Source: Amoebidium appalachense (lineage: Eukaryota > Protista > Ichthyosporea). From it: a stretch of 64,000 bases of DNA. The notes under the pieces were generated by a model. It was not told the origin of the DNA. It made no database searches and saw nothing but the letters and a program-made list of their open reading frames with translations. Below, in pieces: positions 39,060 to 51,800 of this stretch; the first letter of the stretch is position 1, and each line of letters starts with the position of its first letter. The position numbers and the translations under genes are program-made. The stretch is from assembly GCA_963693365.1 (NCBI GenBank), contig CAVNZM010000009.1:8785408-8849407 (forward strand), written 5' to 3'.

Positions 39060-40754
39060 ATGGTTAATGCGATGTTATGGTTTTTCCCAGAGGAACCACC
39101 AGCGGCCAAGGGTGGGGCATCAACTGGGAACGATGCAGGCGGGCCGGAGGGCCAAATTATTCCTCCAGTCACAACGTCAAGTTATAACAGCGCGGAATGT
39201 GGCACATATCGGCCGGCAGAAGCGCACACGGAGCTCGACCCCGCCCGAAAATGGTACAAACGGTGTCGTGTTGTGATCGCTGTTGTGTTCATCCTTATAA
39301 TCGTCGTTGTTGGAGTAGCACTTCTTTCTGTGTATTTATCAGGTGGATTTAACGGTTCAAGCGCCCAATCAGCATCGCAAGATAAGCAACAACTGCTCAC
39401 CACAACCACCGCTATGCCTACCACCGACAGCCACAACACTTCTCTGCACACACATAACACTACTATTACTCCCACCGTAGGTTCGGTACCTATCCCCACG
39501 TCAACTGCAACCAGCCCAAACGCGTCTTCACCCACACAGACTCCTTCACCGCGAGGGCCCGTTTACGAAGTGTGGAATGAGTGCAAGTGTGCAGGGGCCG
39601 TAGTAAACAACATGTGCTATGAAAGTCTGCAGACGGCTATAAACGCATCACCAAACGGCACAGTGGTGGTGGTTGGAAACATGGTGGTTCTGTGGGAAAT
39701 CGCGCTGATGAGATCGATTAACCTAATCGGATCGAACTGCAAAGGTCAAAGACCGATTATTCTTGCCGACTTCTACACTGCCCCCGCCAACGACACGAAG
39801 GGAATTTTCCGTGTGGCGGCCACTGAATTGCAGGTTAACTTTACAAATATTCATTTTAAGCGGGTTAAGGGGGACGTTTCGGTCATCCGGACAATGGAGG
39901 TCGACAGCGACACTCCATATGACGTCACTGTGTATATCCAACTCTACGTTGTAAATATGGGTATCCAGAATTGCATTTTTGATAGTTTTACCACGTCCAT
40001 GCAGGGGGGTTCAGCGATATTTCTTGCTCGTGCGGGCTTTATAACGATCAACGGGTGCACATTTACAAACAACACCGTTGTGAACGAGAATGGCGCATAC
40101 GGCGGCGGGGGGGCTGTATGGTTTTTCGGTACCGTCGCCGGTCGCCCAATCATGATAAGTAACACCAGGTTTATCGGGAATACACACTATTTCCCACACG
40201 GAATGGGTGGTGGTATGGGTATAAGTACTGTTGCTACACCCACCAGAATAACGAATTGTATTTTCGATAAGAATAGCGCCCCGGGTGGTGGTGCGCTTTA
40301 TGTTGCTGACGTCAACGAAAATGGAACGCTGACTGTTGATTCGTCCAGCTTCACCAATAATATCGCACCAACGTCGTTAGGTTGGAATGCGCGTGGTGGG
40401 GCTGTTTGGTTGCAGAGTGTTTCAGGGAAAGCATTTATTTCCGGACACTTTGAAAATAACTCTTGCCCACAGGATAGGGGGGGTGCAATAGCTGCAAACA
40501 AAATTCGAACAGGTGGGTCTGTAACTGTAGGTGGAACTTTCATAGGAAATTTCGCTGGGAAGGGTGCAGCTGGATATGATCTTGGGCTGAAAGGCCTAGA
40601 AAGGGGTGCTATGTTGATTTTTGATAGAAGTGCTTTTAGAAATAACAAAAGCAACACAACCAATATGGTGATCAGGGTAGAACGGGAAAATGGCCCTGAA
40701 ATTTCAGTCTATGAAAATGGGTACGATGGGGACCGACTGGTGTATGCCGTGTAG
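39060..40754 (+). CDS. Intronless type II membrane protein: TM helix, Ser/Thr/Pro stalk, right-handed beta-helix with Pmp-like GGA/FxxN repeats
   Basis: Open 597-codon frame with first ATG at 39060. Basic WYKRCR precedes the hydrophobic VVIAVVFILIIVVVGVALLSVYL; mucin-like stalk; SLQTAINAS start typical of pectin-lyase-like folds; repeats FTNN...GGGGAV, FDKN...GGGAL, FTNN...RGGAV, FENN...RGGAI. Confidence 0.85.
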   Translation: MVNAMLWFFPEEPPAAKGGASTGNDAGGPEGQIIPPVTTSSYNSAECGTYRPAEAHTELDPARKWYKRCRVVIAVVFILIIVVVGVALLSVYLSGGFNGSSAQSASQDKQQLLTTTTAMPTTDSHNTSLHTHNTTITPTVGSVPIPTSTATSPNASSPTQTPSPRGPVYEVWNECKCAGAVVNNMCYESLQTAINASPNGTVVVVGNMVVLWEIALMRSINLIGSNCKGQRPIILADFYTAPANDTKGIFRVAATELQVNFTNIHFKRVKGDVSVIRTMEVDSDTPYDVTVYIQLYVVNMGIQNCIFDSFTTSMQGGSAIFLARAGFITINGCTFTNNTVVNENGAYGGGGAVWFFGTVAGRPIMISNTRFIGNTHYFPHGMGGGMGISTVATPTRITNCIFDKNSAPGGGALYVADVNENGTLTVDSSSFTNNIAPTSLGWNARGGAVWLQSVSGKAFISGHFENNSCPQDRGGAIAANKIRTGGSVTVGGTFIGNFAGKGAAGYDLGLKGLERGAMLIFDRSAFRNNKSNTTNMVIRVERENGPEISVYENGYDGDRLVYAV

Positions 40755-40947
40755 ATCTTAAAAAGTGCGGAAAATATGAATGTCGAGTGACTTGTTATTA
40801 AGATTTTTGTAAATTTGGTGATTGAATGATTCGTGCACTTTTCGAATTTGGCCTCTGTTTCATCTATAACCATTTTTTCTGATTCTTATGCAGAACGCAA
40901 ATAAAATGGGGCGAGAAAACCAGCCACAGTGTTGATGTTACTGACTG

Positions 40948-40983
<36 letters not shown>

Positions 40984-41062
40984 ACCCACCCCCCCCACCC
41001 CATCCTAGCAGCCCATGGACATTGTCTTCCCTTCCCTCTGCCACCTCGACCATCGCACACAC

Positions 41063-41096
<34 letters not shown>

Positions 41097-41768
41097 AAAC
41101 AACAACACACACGCGCGCGCACGCGCACACACACAAACACATGTACAAATGGAAAAAGGGTAACAAAAAATCATTAAAAAACATGAACGGTTCTCTCAAC
41201 CTTGCTCGTGCCCTTTCTACGCCTCTCCCCATCACTCACCTCCAACGTATCAAATTTCATCCTCATATTATGCATAAGCTGGTCGGCCGTGCACACGCAT
41301 GCATATATGCGCACATGTAATACTATTTCCCATTTACCGATTCCCACCCACTATCCACAGACACTAAACAACCTATAGACCTAAAAAAAGACGTCTTAAG
41401 CTTAACATGTCAATGCTGAAGGACATCGTACAGCTGTACATGTCCGCGCAAATCTTTTACAGCACACTGATGAAACAAGTAAATACATCCACTGCAGTAC
41501 CCGCTTCCCTTCCCCCTCTCCTCCACCCCCCCTCCCCCCCACCCCCCCCCGCCCTTCCTCCACACCCTCACCCCCCTCCCCCTAGCACACACACACACAC
41601 ACACACACACACATTGTGGCCCACAACGTCACACCAGTTTGCAGGCACACACGCAGAGCTGTTCACGTGCGTGCAGGCACACACACACACACAAAACTAC
41701 ACTCGCAGCGGGTGGGCTGCTCTCTCCCTACACACAGAAGGAGGTTGCTAGAAGAAATGTCGCAAGCG

Positions 41769-41804
<36 letters not shown>

Positions 41805-41922
41805 GGGGGAGGGGAGGGGGAGGGGAGGGGGAAGGCGAAGCACATGAATCAAGTAGTGGAATCAATTTTGTGGTGCCAATGCATGTGTTGTGAACACCGT
41901 AATGTGTGTGTGTGGTGGTGGT

Positions 41923-41953
<31 letters not shown>

Positions 41954-42971
41954 GTGTTGTGTGTGCGTGTGTTTGTGTGTGTGGGGGGGGGGGGGGAGGG
42001 GGGGGAGGGGGGGAGAAGGGGGGAGGAGGCGCGTGTTGCTGTGGGCCAGGGGGGAGGGGGGGGGGGGGGGGGGGGGGATGCAACTACATGGTGTCAGCAG
42101 TGAAAAGGAGATGGCACCGAGAAAGGCCAATGGCAGAGATAACTTAAATGAATATCCGAAAGTCTTTTTTTCTCGTTTGCAATTGACTGGACTTATATAA
42201 CAACCGATCGAGGTTTAAGTATCCACTGCATACTTAGGAGGCAAGAGAAATTCGAAAGCTAAACGAGTTAGGCAATAGTAAGTGCATACTGAGATACAAC
42301 AAAAATGAAGTGCAGATAGGACCAAGACATAGATAGCCAGAGTCGAGGAGGGATTGTTCTGATTGGGTGACGAAGCATGCATCATAAACCATACATAAAC
42401 CGAAGAGATCTACTAATAATAGAACCACACATGCACAGAAACCTGATGCGGAATGTTTATTTGGCCTTCACTGCATGAGTGCTGGATAGATACTTTCTGT
42501 AATGCAATCTTTGATGCAGATTTACAAGCGCGATAATAGGCGCATCATACCTATATATATAGCCTGAGCACGCGTCAGCCGGATCCCAATTTTTAACAAC
42601 CCTCGAAAACTCACCGGAAACCCAATGGCGTTTTTATGAGGGAAAAAAAGGTAGAAGCGGTCTTCTGTCTAAAGATCAACGGGAAGAAAAATTCTTCTCG
42701 GTGCTTTTGTACGTAGCTAGCCAATAAACAACGAAGAAAAGGTTTTTATCAAGCTTACAAAAGACAGTAGTATGTACATATTAAATAGTATGCGATCTGT
42801 GGCAACACAAATTCAGTTTTGGCAGAAACCCCCAGAGGGGACAGAAAAAGAGAAGCACAAAAAGGGAAGGGGGGATCAAAAAGAGGGAGAACCTGTCATG
42901 TCCATTATCAACGAGAAAAAGCTTCCTCAACGCGAAGCAAGATAAAAAAACATCTGCAAGCGCTAACCCTA

Positions 42972-43002
<31 letters not shown>

Positions 43003-43121
43003 AGATTATACAGTTAAAGTATAAAACAAGTGGCTCCTTTTCCAAGAGTCAACCCAAAAAGGTGTTCAGCGTTAACACTTTAGCAGTAAATAACAAAATT
43101 TCGAAATTTCAAAACCGCAAA

Positions 43122-44459
43122 TCAACGACCACCACCCACAGTTTTCCTCACGCTTGCAACCGAAACGACTCCAGGGCGGCAAAACATGGTTGCAAACCGA
43201 AGACGACCATTGGCTGGGAGATTGGCTCGGATCTTGGTAACCAGGCAACCATTATGAAGGAATGTGAGTGTGGGACCATCTGATTGGTCCACAATCAGGC
43301 TGATGGTGTCGCCCTCCCGTAGGGGACTGGATTCGCGGCTTCCTTGCCAGACAGGTTCGTCCTGTGTGTGTGTGTGTATGTATGTGGACGCACGGTGTGG
43401 GGGAAGGAGAGGGGGGGGGGGGGGGGGGGGGGGGGGGGTAAGTGAGTGTGCTTGTGTGTGTGCGCGCGGGCGTGTACATGTGTCACAAGGAGAAAGGGTG
43501 GGAGCAGAGGGGGGGGGGGGGGGGGGGGGGGGGGGAATGACGAGAACACGGGGAAAGTTTTGCCTGTTCATCTGCCAAGTACAAAGTGAGATTGACCTTG
43601 CACAAACGCCACATAGCCACACAAGACAGATGTCATTATCATGGAGAAACTAGACAGTCAAAAGTTTCCCAAAGTTTCCCTCTGCTAAATCAAATCGAAG
43701 TGTCGGCTAGCGTGCGCATACCATCTGCTTGCAATTAAACACATGTCACTCTTGTGGCTGTGCTTGTGAGCGTTGTGTGTATGTGCGCGCGAACAGGGTG
43801 TGTTTTGTTTGTGTGTTTGCGTGCAAAAGACAACACTTTTTGTGTCCTTTTTTTCTCTTTTTTCTGTGCGTCTGTGTGTGTTTTCTTTTGTGATAGTGGC
43901 GTGTGTTTTTTTTCCTTTGTTTTTTTTCTTTTTGGGTGGTGGTGGTGGTTGGGGGGGGGGGGGGGGGAGGGGGGGGGGGGGGGGGGGGGATTGCATGCAC
44001 TCACCCCATGGCAGAGTGTAGGTGCCCCAGCAATCCTCCAATAGCAAAGCATCCATCCATCGTCCCTCCATCTGATTGGCTCATCATGCTCTCCGGCAAT
44101 CACCCCAAACCCAATCCCTCCAAGAACCCCAACCTCATTCACTGTAAATTCAATTTTCGTCGACGGGAACATGCGCGTGGGCTTTCCCACTGCCCCTACC
44201 CAGCGGGTCAGCCCGTTGGATTCGGTGGCCCGAACCGTGTCACCGGATTGGTTGAAAGTCAGCGATGGGTGATTGCTGACTTGCTTGTCCCACTGTGCAA
44301 AACACGGAATTTTCGGGCCCGTCTGAAGATTTATTGAACAGGATGATTTGTTGGAACCCTGGAAATAGATGTGAATGAGATAGCTGCTACTTGCATCGTC
44401 CTCCCACGTGATTATCGATCGTTTGTGTGGCAGGACCCTCCCCCCCCCCCCCCCCCACA

Positions 44460-44490
<31 letters not shown>

Positions 44491-44986
44491 CTCGGTATAA
44501 GGTCTCTAGGAAGGCATTTGTCTATGTCGTTACGTTGTTGGATAGAGAGACTGTTGGCCTTGGCGTGGCCACTTGAACACATGTGTCCATATGCTAAAGA
44601 GCAAATTCAACTACCCCCCCCCCCCCCTCCCCCTCCCCCGGCCCCTCCGCCGCGCGTAACCAATCGTTCATACATCGCACCCAATACGACCACCATGACC
44701 CACACATAAACAGATAGAACACGTGTGCTCGAACAAACAAAAACCGTGTCAACACAAACATTGACCTCTCTTGCACAAACGTTGGTGGATATGATCGTGG
44801 AGTTTGCTTGTGCGTGTGTGCGTGTGTGTGCGCACGCACGCACGTGTATGTGTGTGTCCCATGTGTGTGTATGTGTCTTGCGCGCATGTACACGTGTCTC
44901 TTTTCTTATTTTCCATATTGCTCCTATTATCTTTTTATTGATTTGTGTCTGTGTGTGCGGCATTTTTTCTCCTGTTTTGAGGGGGA

Positions 44987-45018
<32 letters not shown>

Positions 45019-45442
45019 GGAGGGGGAGGGGGGGGGGGGGGAGGGGGGAGAGGGGGGGATGCTTACCTGATCCAACCAACACTTCAACTCCTCCCAACTT
45101 CTCTTGCGGGCCTCACCATCCTTCTTCGCCATTTTAGCCAATCGTTTCTCCTCTTTGATTTTTAACCAACTGCTCAGGGAATTCATTAAAGTATCTTCGT
45201 CGACGTGAATCTCCGGCCAACCAATCAAAATGGTCACATGTCGTCCGGGCATGTCACCAGATGCCATAAGTGCGCAGAGGGTATGGGCATGCTCAGTGAT
45301 GTATGCCTGGGCTGCTTTAAGAAGTGTCTCGTCGCAGATGTAATCGGCAACCTGGAATACAAAAAGTATATATAAAAAAGGAAGGGGCAGTAGATAACAA
45401 GAAAAAGAGAGGTGTGGCCTAAGTCATCGGCAACTACTAGTT

Positions 45443-45519
<77 letters not shown>

Positions 45520-45738
45520 TAAATTCGCGGCATGTGTGCGTGTGGGCGTGAGTGTGTGCGTCCGTGTGCATACACGTGCGTGTGCGATTATTATACTAGC
45601 TATTTTATTCCGTTTTGCCTGATTTCCCCTTCAAGTTTCAAGTTTCAACACGATTATTATTCCAGTTGTCCTCTTTTTTTTTTTTTTGAGTTTTTTGGAG
45701 TGTGGGTGGGTGTGGGTGGGGTGAGAATTGAGAAGTGT

Positions 45739-45769
<31 letters not shown>

Positions 45770-45836
45770 GGGGGGGGGAAGGGGGGGAAGAGAGTGTGTG
45801 TGGGAGGGGGGGGGGGGAGGGGGGAAGTGTGTATTT

Positions 45837-45867
<31 letters not shown>

Positions 45868-47149
45868 GGGGGAGGGTAGATGCGGATGTACAAGAACACC
45901 ACGACAAGCACGATGCAGGACACAAGACACCCGGGTGTGCAAAAACAAATATGTCACGGTATTACTATGCAACATCAGCAGCACTTCATATGGTATGCAA
46001 CAAAAACATTGCCCATCCGAGGGGCGGGAGGGGGGGGAGGGGGGGAGGGGGGAGGGGGGAGGGGGGAGGGGGGAATGATGTTCCCGTGCACACACCTCGA
46101 GTAGCACAAATACGTTGTGGGGCAGCATGTGTTCCACCAAGTACTGTGTGCACATAGTGGCTGCATGGTCTAGGAGGTACATGTTCGCCGCTAGAAGCAC
46201 ATCCACGGCATCGTGCCAGGATGCAAAACATAGACTGCCGGTGTACATGTATCTGCGAAAGGGTGGGATAGATGTTAGATACTTGAATAAGTTTTTGGAT
46301 GTATTATGCGTGTTATGACCAGTGTACATGTGCCTGTGTGGGGTTGGGATGTTATGTACTTTATACTATCGCAGTGTGCGTGTTGTGGTTAATGAGTGAG
46401 AGCACTTGTAAGCAGGGTGGGAGGAAGAGGTGTTTCTGCCTTTATCAACGTCTGTCATGGTAATTTCAGATGCACGGTGGGTGAGAAACAGTTACAAGTT
46501 CAGTTCTTGTCCCAAACCTGTGCGCCCTCCCCTTCTTCTACTTTTTTTTTTTTTTTTTTTTTTTTTTGTGGGGGGGGGGGGGGGGGGGGGGAGGAGGAGG
46601 AGGGGGGGGGGGACCTCTTTTTCAATTTATGCTATGTGGGTCCTGTGCTTGTGAATGAGTGTTGCTTCTACATGCTTCTACATGCCTCGGTGAGCAGCTG
46701 TGGCAGAGCTTAATGTAAAAGGTAACAAAAAAATTCCCATGTTAGAGGTGCTTGTATGCATTTTGGGTGCTCTTTAATGAAGTGGCAGCTACATCTAAGG
46801 AGGACAACACAAGCCGTGTGCGCAGATGATTAACAAAGCCATACCTCAGAATACTCTCAAAGGCTGCCGCAGACATCCCCCCAATCTCCACTTCTCTCTG
46901 TGTTGACTCCATAAAGCCCCCCTTTTGTGAAGAGGCCAACTTATACCCCCCACTCGAGTTCCCCCCCTCCAGCATTGCTCGTAGAGGTTCGCTCGCAGCA
47001 GAAACGATGCATTTGTGAGCTTGAAATAACCTGCCCCCTACTTTGAAAGTGACATCTGAATGAAACAAAGACGCGTTTTCATACATGTGAAGCATGCGTT
47101 GCTGAAATGGGTCCTCCGGGGCCCGGGAGTCATACGTGAACGGAGCCAT
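43122..47149 (-). CDS. BTB-BACK-SPRY-like protein (probable Cullin3 substrate adaptor), spliced
   Basis: Exons 46845-47149 (SDVTFKVGGRLFQAHKCIVSAASEPLRAML...FMES), 46096-46252 (YMYTG...LLAANMYLL), 45067-45351 (BACK-like, DEDTLMNSLSSW), optional 44534-44593, 44005-44358 and 43122-43361 (GDTISLIVD...LTFLHNG, SPRY-like); phases are consistent. Confidence 0.8.
45877..45995 (-). mobile_element. Old diverged R1-like copy
   Basis: acgacaagcacgatgcaggacacaagacac...tatgcaacatcagc resembles R1 and the 8821 copy; preceded by a G run. Confidence 0.45.
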
Positions 47150-48093
47150 TCTTTCAAGTTGGATTGTTTGGTTCTGGCTATGTTCGGATTATGAAGCTTT
47201 CACCTTTCACTACATAGGCATGCGAGAAGATAATGAGAGGACCAACACTAAAACGATGTGATAGAGAGAAATTCAATCTTGGCAGCTCTGTCATAATTCA
47301 ACCCCACTCCTACACACACTGCAAACTACGCACCTTTTGATCGACATTTTTGGGGGGGGCAACCGTTGAAGGGCTGCTCTGCGCGTTTTCGTTCCATCTT
47401 TTACGAAGAAGTTGGTGCGGCCGCAACCAGTCAAGTGCACCATTGTGAGAATACGGAAAATCGAGAATGTTTAGGATTTGTACGACTTACGTACCTAAAA
47501 ATCTGGTATTGGCAAGCTTGGGCTGTTGGACCGAGGAAGGAGGATTTGCTGTACTGCAAGCCTGTAGTGCACCGCAAAAACGGTGGTTTCAAACATGCAG
47601 GGCCGATACGAACCCTAAAACACGTGCAGGTGGCTACCACCTACTGAGGCGGTGTCTCCCTTTTCTTTTCTTTTTTTTTTTTTTTGCGCCACAAGTAGAT
47701 GTATAACGTCGCACGTGCGGCAACACGTCAGTACGTGTTAGTGCAGGTGGGTGGTTCTATGCCAGCAGCATAGGCCGAGTGCACGTGCTGGGATTTACAG
47801 TGTAAAAGATTGAAAATTCCGGAATGTCGGCATAGCAGCAGTTTTGAATCCACCAAAAGAGCTGGATGGGGCACTTATGGCCAAGGGATGAATTGTCAAA
47901 TATGAGGCATACAGGAACGTAACCGGCTGTGTAGTCGCAGTGCCGCGGTGTACATATGCCATACACCGTTATGCAGGGTGTGTGGCTAGTAGGGCTGCAT
48001 TGTCAAATATGAGGCATACAGGCATGAAACCAACTGTGCAGTGCAGTGCGTATGTATATACACGTGTGTCTGGTGACATATGATATACATAAA

Positions 48094-48160
<67 letters not shown>

Positions 48161-48161
48161 A

Positions 48162-48247
<86 letters not shown>

Positions 48248-48438
48248 AAGAGAGGGAGAGAGGGAGAGAAAGAGGGAGAGAAAGAGAGAGAGAGACTCAG
48301 CGAGATCTAGAGAGAGGGGGGGGGGTGTTGGAATACGTCACCACGTATGACAGCAAGAGCCTTGAAGTATGTATGTGTCTTAGCTTTGTTTGTACTCGTG
48401 TCTGCTTTCCTTCTTTGTGCACTTTCCCTTTTCTCTTT

Positions 48439-48470
<32 letters not shown>

Positions 48471-48854
48471 CCCCCCCCCCCCCCCCCCCCCCCCGTATCT
48501 CTCTCTCTCCCTTGTTTCTGTGAGCACAGATATCTGTAGATCTGTGCACACCTGGCTCTCTTGGCTGATAAGAACTTATTGTATTTTATTTCTGTTTGCT
48601 CTCCTCTGTTTATCTGAGAGGTAGCGTGATTGGCTAGCTACATTCGTTGTCTTTCTTTTATTTCAAAATGGCTTAGTTTTGTTCTCAATAGGATGGCTTG
48701 CCTGTGTCGCGAGCGAGTACATCTGTGGATCGTGTTGTGCATTCCTGTCTATTAATATATGTGTTGTGATTGGACAATAGATACATATGGAATTCGGTTC
48801 CACTGCGCAATCTCGCTACAACCGCGAAAATCTCTCAGTCTTACTGCTTCAATC

Positions 48855-51800
48855 ATGACTGACAAACCGTCGTATATCAACCTTCCAATATGGAATCCGT
48901 CCGAGAAACGAGACGAGAAACGTCTTAATTATTTCGAGTGGGAGCCACTCATTCACCGGTTCATTAGAACCACCATTGCCGAGAAATTCGTTGACGCTAT
49001 CAAGAGGCCACAGTGGGTTGACGGCGCTGAAGCCAACCAGTGGCTAGGCTACACCACCAAGGACTCCTACAAGAAAGCTTCCGACGTCCTCGACCAGATC
49101 CTCAACCAGTCCGTCCACCCGACCGAGCTCTACGACTCCGGCCGGATGCAAGACGGTGTCCACGGTGGTGAAGTCTTCCACAACCTACGTATGGCGTATG
49201 TAGCAGAGAAGGAGGCCCGAGTCACCCAGATTCAAGTCACCTTCGAGGAGCTTGAACTACGAGACTACCCCAACGTCACAGCATACCTCACCCGTCTCCA
49301 ACGTCTGGCTACGACACTTGCCTGCCTCGACGAACCCGTCCAGCACAAGGATGTCGTACGTAAGTTCTTCCTCCACATCCGGAAGAACACAGCCCTGGTC
49401 TGCCCCGACATTGAACGTCTCTGCTCCGACTACTGGATGAACAACAAGGCCTACCCGTCCTTCAACATGCTCATCAGTGACATCCGAGGAGCTGAAATCC
49501 GTGCCGGCCTCATCGACGCAGGCACAGGTGCAACCGTCAACAACCGTCCCCTCCGTGCACTCCAGAGCAGAGTGCTTCCCCCCGGTGACCTCCGTAACCG
49601 TATTCCTCGACGTGAGCATACACCTCACCGTTCCCCGTCCCGTTCCCGTGATCCTCGTCCTCCCTCCAAGTCACCCGGCCCCCGTTCAACTTCCCCTTAC
49701 CACCGTGGTAACAGGGACAACCGTAACCGACAGCACAACACCAACAGTGTGAAGTGTTCCTACTGCCATGAGCCCCACCACATCACAGCATGCCCGGAGC
49801 CTGGCTGCACAGTTGCTCGTCGTGCCAAGCAGGAGAAAGGTGACAAGAGTGTGAAATTTGCACTCATCTCCTCCACCGGCACACCTGACAGTAACGACCC
49901 CGTCTGGGACAGTGCTTGTAATGCACACATCTGCCCCATCAAGGAGTATTTCTCCTCCCTTACCCCGTGTCCTCCCACCCCCATTCACGGCCTCGGCACA
50001 GTCAATGCCAAACAACGTGGCATCATCAACATAACACTGCACTACAACGGCCACCCAACACCGTGCAGCATCAATGCTTACTACGTACCCGAGGCACCGT
50101 CTTTCCTCGTGTCTACCTCCATGGCATCAGCTGCCGGCCTCCTAGGTCATTGTGACGATACAGACAACCACCCGTCGTTCCTCTACAGCCGTAATGGTGA
50201 CATTATTACAGATCTCACCCCCCTCGACGGTCTCTACTACATCACTGACTATGTGATTGAGACTCCTAAACACCCGGGGGTCCAAGCCTACACAGCAAGG
50301 ACTCAACCACCCGACGACCTCACCCTTTGGCACAACCGTCTCGGCCACCGTGCCCTCTCCACCGTCACCAGGATGGCCAAGGATGAGCTTGTCATCGGCA
50401 TGCCCCCCTCCCTCAAGTCACCCGACAACAGTGACTGCTTCGGCTGCATGTCTGGCAAGACCACAAAGGCCCCCTTTCCCGGCACCCGTTCCAAGTTCAC
50501 CATTCCCGGTGCTAAGTGGCACCTGGACTTCTTCGAAGCTCCCTGTGCTTCCTACGGAGGCTACAAGGTTGCTCTGGTGTGTGTTTGTGATGCCACCGGT
50601 TACACCACCGTGTTCCCCCTTTACAACCGTGGTGAAACCCTCAGCCACATTCAGTCTCTCGTTGAAACCATCGAACGTCAGACACCTGAGATCGTCACCC
50701 ATCTTCGGTTTGACTCCGGCTCTGAGTTCACCTCCAAGGACACCGAGGCCTACTGCAAGCAGAAAGGCATCATCATGGAGTTTGCCCCCGTCGACACACC
50801 ACAACACAATGGTGTTGTTGAACGGAAGATGAGAGAACTGCAAGAGACAGTCCGTTGCTTCCTCCATGCCGACAAGGACCAACCTCTCTCTCCCAAGTTG
50901 TGGGTTGCTGCTCTCAAGCATACAAGCTACATCATCAACGTCACACCGTCATCTGCTGCCAACGGCAACACTCCCTTCGAGGCTTTCCACGGCTTCAAAC
51001 CCGACGTCTCCCAGCTCCACGTGTTCGGCTCCCCTGCCTATGTGCATGTTCCCCGGTCAAAGAGGAACAAGCTGGCATCAACCGTCAGAGTCGGCACCTA
51101 CGTCGGCTGGGACCTACCCTCCAAGGCACACAAGATCCTCGACCATGCCAGCAACCAAATCAAGATCTGCCGTGATGTGATCTTCGACGAGTCGAAATTC
51201 ACGGGCAGCACCAATCAGGTCTCCGTTCCCCCCAAACCCGATCTGCCGACATTGGACCCCCCCCTCCGACGACGACGATGAAACTCCGTCTGTGGTCATC
51301 TCCCAACCGTCCTGGCACAACCAACCAGCCCCGGTTGAACCCGTGCCTCCCCCGAGCCCCCCCCCCCACTGGCCAACAACCCTTGCTGCCGGCCCCCCCC
51401 CGTTGCTGTGCATCAACCCGGCTACATGACTCCGGTTCGTCCTGGGTCCCCCACCTTCCACTCGGCCACGAGCAGCCCTGTGGACACCGATGCCCCCCTC
51501 ACCACCGCTCCTATTCCTGGCTTCCATGCCCCTATCCCGGCCTCCACCACCTACCCGGCCACCACCCCCCTCAAGGACCCCCCCAAGCCCAACCTTCGTC
51601 GGTCTACACGTCTCACCAAGACTCCAACGGCACTGGTCAGCATCGTAGCACCGACCATCAACATTGACCAGCTCCCCAAGGGCATTCAAAAGCTTTGCAA
51701 CGGTCCCAACGGTGATGCCGTCATAGCTGCCCTCACCTCCGAGTACCAAGCCTTCATCACCAAGGATGTCTTCACCATTGTTGATCCCCCCCCTGGTGCC

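Noticed and set aside
48326-48799. This segment as the 5' LTR of the copia
   Set aside because: It does not match the LTR that follows the PPT; it is half of a separate solo LTR whose other half is at 55117-55514.
51260-51410. Programmed ribosomal frameshift in the copia
   Set aside because: It lies between integrase and RT rather than at the gag/pol boundary, and the frame is restored across C runs; indels are the simpler explanation.
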